From the NCBI GenBank assembly GCA_050613775.1, contig JBODTK010000012.1:1426001-1490000 (forward strand): a stretch of 64,000 nucleotides of DNA, written 5' to 3'. How positions within the stretch are numbered: the first letter of the stretch is position 1; the number at the start of each line of letters is the position of its first letter. Both the position numbers and the translations under genes were made by a program. This DNA comes from Neocallimastix sp. 'constans'. Taxonomy: Eukaryota. Positions 59,466-64,000 of this stretch are shown here, piece by piece. The notes under the pieces are model-generated. The model searched no databases. It was not told where the DNA came from and was given only the letters and a program-made list of their open reading frames with translations.

Positions 59466-60298
59466 ATAATAAATACGAAATAGAATAAAATTAATAAAAT
59501 AAAGTAATAATAATATAGTATAAATAAAAATAAAAATAAAAATAAAAACAAAAAAAAAAAAAAAAAAAAAAAAAGAAATAGAATTTATTATATAATATTA
59601 TACATTTTTATTAGAAGAATAGAAATAAAAAAAAAAAAAAATAAAAAATAAAAAATAAATAAATTAAATAATAAATAAATTAAATAAATTAAAAAATAAA
59701 TAAATCAAAAAAGTAAATTTTTAAATAAATAAATAAAATAAAATAAAAATAAATAAATAAAATAAAATAAAATAAAATAATATAAAAAAATAAATAAATA
59801 AAATACAATAAAAATAAATAAATTGAAAATACGTGCTACTTTTATTATTACTATTATTTTTATATATCACTATACTCTTTAAAAAGATATTTCTGATATT
59901 CTCTAGAAATAAGGGTTATTATAAATTACTAAAATTTTCTTCATTTTTTATATACAAATATTTTCATTTATGATAATTTATTTTTAATGCTATTCTATAA
60001 TTTTTATAAAGTAAAGTTAGAAGATTTAATTTGAATGATTATTAATTATAAAATTAATTTGTAATGTATTATAAATATTATTTTGTTACTAAATTAATAA
60101 ATAATATGTAATATAATTATTAATTCTTAGTAGAAATTTAAAATACTTATTAACTATAATATTTTATATTGTCAATTTATAATTTTTTTTTTTTTTTTTA
60201 ATGATAATTTTATTTGTTTAATTCAAATAATATAAATATATATATTATATTATTTATATAATTTTAGTTTTAATAGAGATAACATGATATAAAATAAT

Positions 60299-60391
60299 TT
60301 ATATAGAATTTATAGCTTTATTTAATATATTAAGAGATACGGAGGATTCAGTTTCCATCTTCTCAATGCAAGTGTTTGAACCCCTTTTTTT

Positions 60392-60422
<31 letters not shown>

Positions 60423-60718
60423 ATGAGAGAGTGAAAATTTTTGGATGGTTTTCTGTAGCGGTTTTGGTGTTTTGAGTAATATATCATTAAAAAATTTATT
60501 TTTCAAGTGATGGTGAGGTAGTGCCGGATGAGACTGATATAACAAATATTTTTTTTTTTTTTGATGAGTATGCTTGAAAAATTCGGTATATACTATTCCC
60601 AAAAAAAAAAAAAAAAAAAAGGTTGTTAAAGGAAGAACAAAGGACGATAGTGAATTATGGGTATTGTAGGATTTACAAGATAGTAGCTACTATGACGAGA
60701 ATGTCGAAGAGAAGTATC

Positions 60719-60749
<31 letters not shown>

Positions 60750-62330
60750 CCAAGCTTGGTTTTAGGAGTTATTGAATAAGAGATATTGTATTTAAGAAAA
60801 TGTTTTTTTTGATGACTTTGGATGATTTTTATTCAAGAGTAAAAGTTTTTTTCCTCTGGAATAATGGAGAGTCAAGAGGATATTTTGGAATTAGGTTGTG
60901 GGAGGAAGTTAAACATGATAATTGTAGAACTATAAAATACAGTGTTTTGGATTTTGCGAATGCGGTGCTCCATGGAGAGACATTTCAGAATCATATGGAG
61001 GCTGAAAGAATACGTTTTATGGATTTTTTTTTTTTTTTTTCAATGAAGACATGTAGGAGAAACTGATGAAGCAACTTAGAGGGGAATCTGAGTTAAATCA
61101 ATGCGAATTATATCAAAGCAGGATTGTATGCATGCGAACTTCTAAGTGAGAGCTAATATATCGTTCGCACAAAAAGGGAATCAATACCAAAGATACATTT
61201 GGCCTGTGATGTGTGAGGGGTGGTGTGTTTGTTACAGATGATGTTACGTCTAATTGCTCAAAAACTGGAAAATGGAAAATTTATTTGAAAAACGCCAGAA
61301 TGCAAGATTTATTCATCGAATTTGTGAGATTCACTAAAATTTCGGTAATAAAAGATGTTGTCCCCTCTGCGAAAAAAAAAAAAAAAAATTATATATATAT
61401 ATATAAATTTAGCCAAAATACAATAAAAATGTCTACTTTTCTTGCTGCTGTTCATATCAGATATTTGACATAATATGGAAGTATATCGTGATGACAGGAG
61501 CTTCAATTTCTTCATTTTATACAATTTTGTAGTGATGATCATGTGGAAATTGGCATATATATACGTTTTTGTAAGCGTTATATAACCTTTTTCTGAAAAA
61601 AGACACTTCTTTGCTCTCCGACAACAGTAATGAATTTTTTGATAAAAAAAAAAAAAAAAAAGCCTGAAGTAACAAATGACACCAAAGAGGACAGAGTTTA
61701 ATGGAATGAGACATCTTAAGGTTTACTATCACTTTCTTTTATTGAAAATACTTTTTTTTAAAACAGATGAAAAGTCTACTATCTGTTTCTTAATATTATC
61801 TTTTTTTTTCAATATAGGATGGATTAATTCAACTGATTTCTTAAAAATTAATGCCGCATTAAAAAAAAAAAAAAAAAAAAAAAATACATTGGCCTCATCC
61901 TGATTGGAAAAATCCTTACCACTGTCAATTTTTTAACTGACGAAAATGAGAATTTAGAGGAAACAAGGTAACTATATACAGCAAACACCATCACCTAAAG
62001 TATAATTCCGAATTTCTAATTCATCAACTTGTACGAGTTCGTCTGGTACCTGGAGAGTCTACATGAAACACTTTAATAAATAAATAAATAAATAAATAAA
62101 AAAAGAAAAAAAGAAAAAAAAAAAAAAAAAATAAACGAAAAGTCAAGTTTCACACCAGAAATCACAACACCTCTGAATATCTGTCAGATCAATGAATTTC
62201 TCTACCTTACTAATATATTTTGTTTTTCCTTCATCCTTCATAGGAAGAGAACTATTATTAGACAAAGTGAAACAATCTCAACGAGTAATATCCAATATTC
62301 CCCTTTCACTGAACGCTAAACAATTATGAT
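60299..62330 (-). pseudogene. Decayed multi-pass membrane protein gene, possibly class C GPCR-like (7tm_3)
   Basis: ~2-kb block with raised GC, broken by stops and homopolymer runs. Minus-strand pieces YWILLVEIVSLCLIIVLFL*R, IFRGVVISGVKLDFSFIF, KCFM*TLQ/VMVFAVYSYLVSSK and KNVYICQFP, then a Ser/Pro-rich tail, fit TM1-TM3, an ECL2 Cys and a cytoplasmic C-terminus. Confidence 0.35.
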
Positions 62331-62507
62331 TATACTTTGATGTAAAATAAATTTTTATAAAATTTTTTCTTTAATTTCTTTAGTTTTTAAAACTGAAGGT
62401 TCAAACTTAATATATTGATATAATTTAATACGATATAAATATATAATAAAATAAAAATAATTTAAATAATATATTTTCTGTTTGTTTATTTATTGTATTC
62501 AATAGTT

Positions 62508-62546
<39 letters not shown>

Positions 62547-62604
62547 TATATTTAATAAATTATAAAAATAAAAATATTCTATAGTATTATTATCATTAAT
62601 ACGA

Positions 62605-62798
<194 letters not shown>

Positions 62799-63334
62799 GA
62801 TAATGAATATGATATGATTATGATTATGATTATAATTGTTAATATCTAATACAATATTTATAGAAATAAAAATGCTATTTTATTTAAATAATTAATGAAT
62901 AGAAAAAAATATTTTATAATAAAATATTAATACATGAAAAAAAATTTTTTTTTCAAAAAATTTTTTTATTAATTATTTTATTTTATAAATAATGATGCAA
63001 ATAAAAAGATTTTATTTTAATTATATTAGAAATCTATTGATATTAATATTTTTAAAATTGTTAATGAAAAAAAAAAAAAAAAAAAAAAAAGGTAAAAGAT
63101 AAAATTTACAATAAAATAAAATCTTAAATTTTATTAGATTAATTATTTTCCTCAAAAAGTATAATAAATTGAATTAACTAAAAACATAAAAATTTTAAAT
63201 AAGCTATTTTCCTTAAAAGGTATAATAATAAAGTTTAAAAAAAAAAAAAATACCTAAAACATTAAATATACTATTTATTTTAAAAAACGCTTAACAAACC
63301 AATGAATAAGAAAACTAATATATTGGAGGAACAC

Positions 63335-63367
<33 letters not shown>

Positions 63368-63683
63368 CAAAAATTTGAAATAAAAATCATATTTTTATAT
63401 TATAAATATATTTTTTATATTTTTTATAATTTTTTTCAATTTTTCTAGATATTATTTCAATTTTTACTAAAATTTTTAGATATCAAAATATATATATATA
63501 TATAGTTTTAATTAAAAATCAATTTCAAGAGGCTTTTTGTTTGAGTGATAAAAATATTCATTAAATAAGAAAGAAAAAAAAAAAAAAAATGAAATAATTT
63601 CATCTGCTTTTTGAATTATGAATATAAATTGAATCAATCATTTGTATTAAATTTTTTCAGTTTTAAATAGTCATTATAAGAAA

Positions 63684-63922
63684 ATGAATAATAATGGTAA
63701 TTCAGCTATTGAAAATAAAATAGTATATAGTGCATTTGAGGTATATTATATGTAATATTTAAAAATTGCAAAGTATTATATATTATATTAATTACTGTTA
63801 TTATTATTATTATTATTATTTTTAACATAATAATTAATAGAAAGGGTTTTACCCTTTCTTTAATGCTTTACCCCAAGATGTTCCGGTTGGATGGATGATT
63901 CCATTTTTATTTATTATTGAAG
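63684..63922 (+). CDS. First two coding exons of a probable membrane protein that continues beyond the window
   Basis: Exon 63684-63740 (MNNNGNSAIENKIVYSAFE|GTATAT) joins in phase 0 to exon 63841-63922 (KGFYPFFNALPQDVPVGWMIPFLFIIE G|GT). The hydrophobic stretch suggests the start of a TM helix. Confidence 0.6.
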
Positions 63923-64000
63923 GTTATATCTTAATAAATTAATAATTCAAATAATAATAATAATAATAATAACAATAATAATAATAATAATAATAATAAT

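Noticed and set aside
63839..63859. 9-bp-stem hairpin AGAAAGGGT-TTT-ACCCTTTCT as a terminator or Helitron end
   Set aside because: It spans a splice acceptor and in-frame coding exon, and no CTRR end follows.

Overview
Extremely AT-rich eukaryotic nuclear DNA with GT-AG introns and long homopolymer and (AAT)n tracts. It is most consistent with an anaerobic gut fungus (Neocallimastigomycota), which is an inference from composition and gene style. Intact genes: a low-complexity Asn/Ser-rich protein (+), a 5-exon DENN-domain Rab GEF (-), vigilin/Scp160 (+), an 18-exon helical-solenoid protein whose motifs line up in order with the N-terminal domain of Nup358/RanBP2 (+), a ~2290-aa protein with MLKL-like N-terminal bundle + pseudokinase + RNI-type LRR (+), and the first two exons of a membrane protein at the right edge. 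Mobile and degenerate DNA: a tRNA-derived SINE with a perfect 18-bp TSD and encoded CCA, a second older SINE-like island, a pair of long degenerate inverted repeats, an internally deleted Ty1/copia element, a Mutator-like transposase remnant, and two decayed membrane-protein-like regions with possible 20-25-nt introns. The two strongest leads are a fungal Nup358-NTD-like protein and a single-chain MLKL-like/pseudokinase/LRR protein. Gene models were built by hand from splice sites and phases. Homology calls rest on recalled motifs, not on searches.
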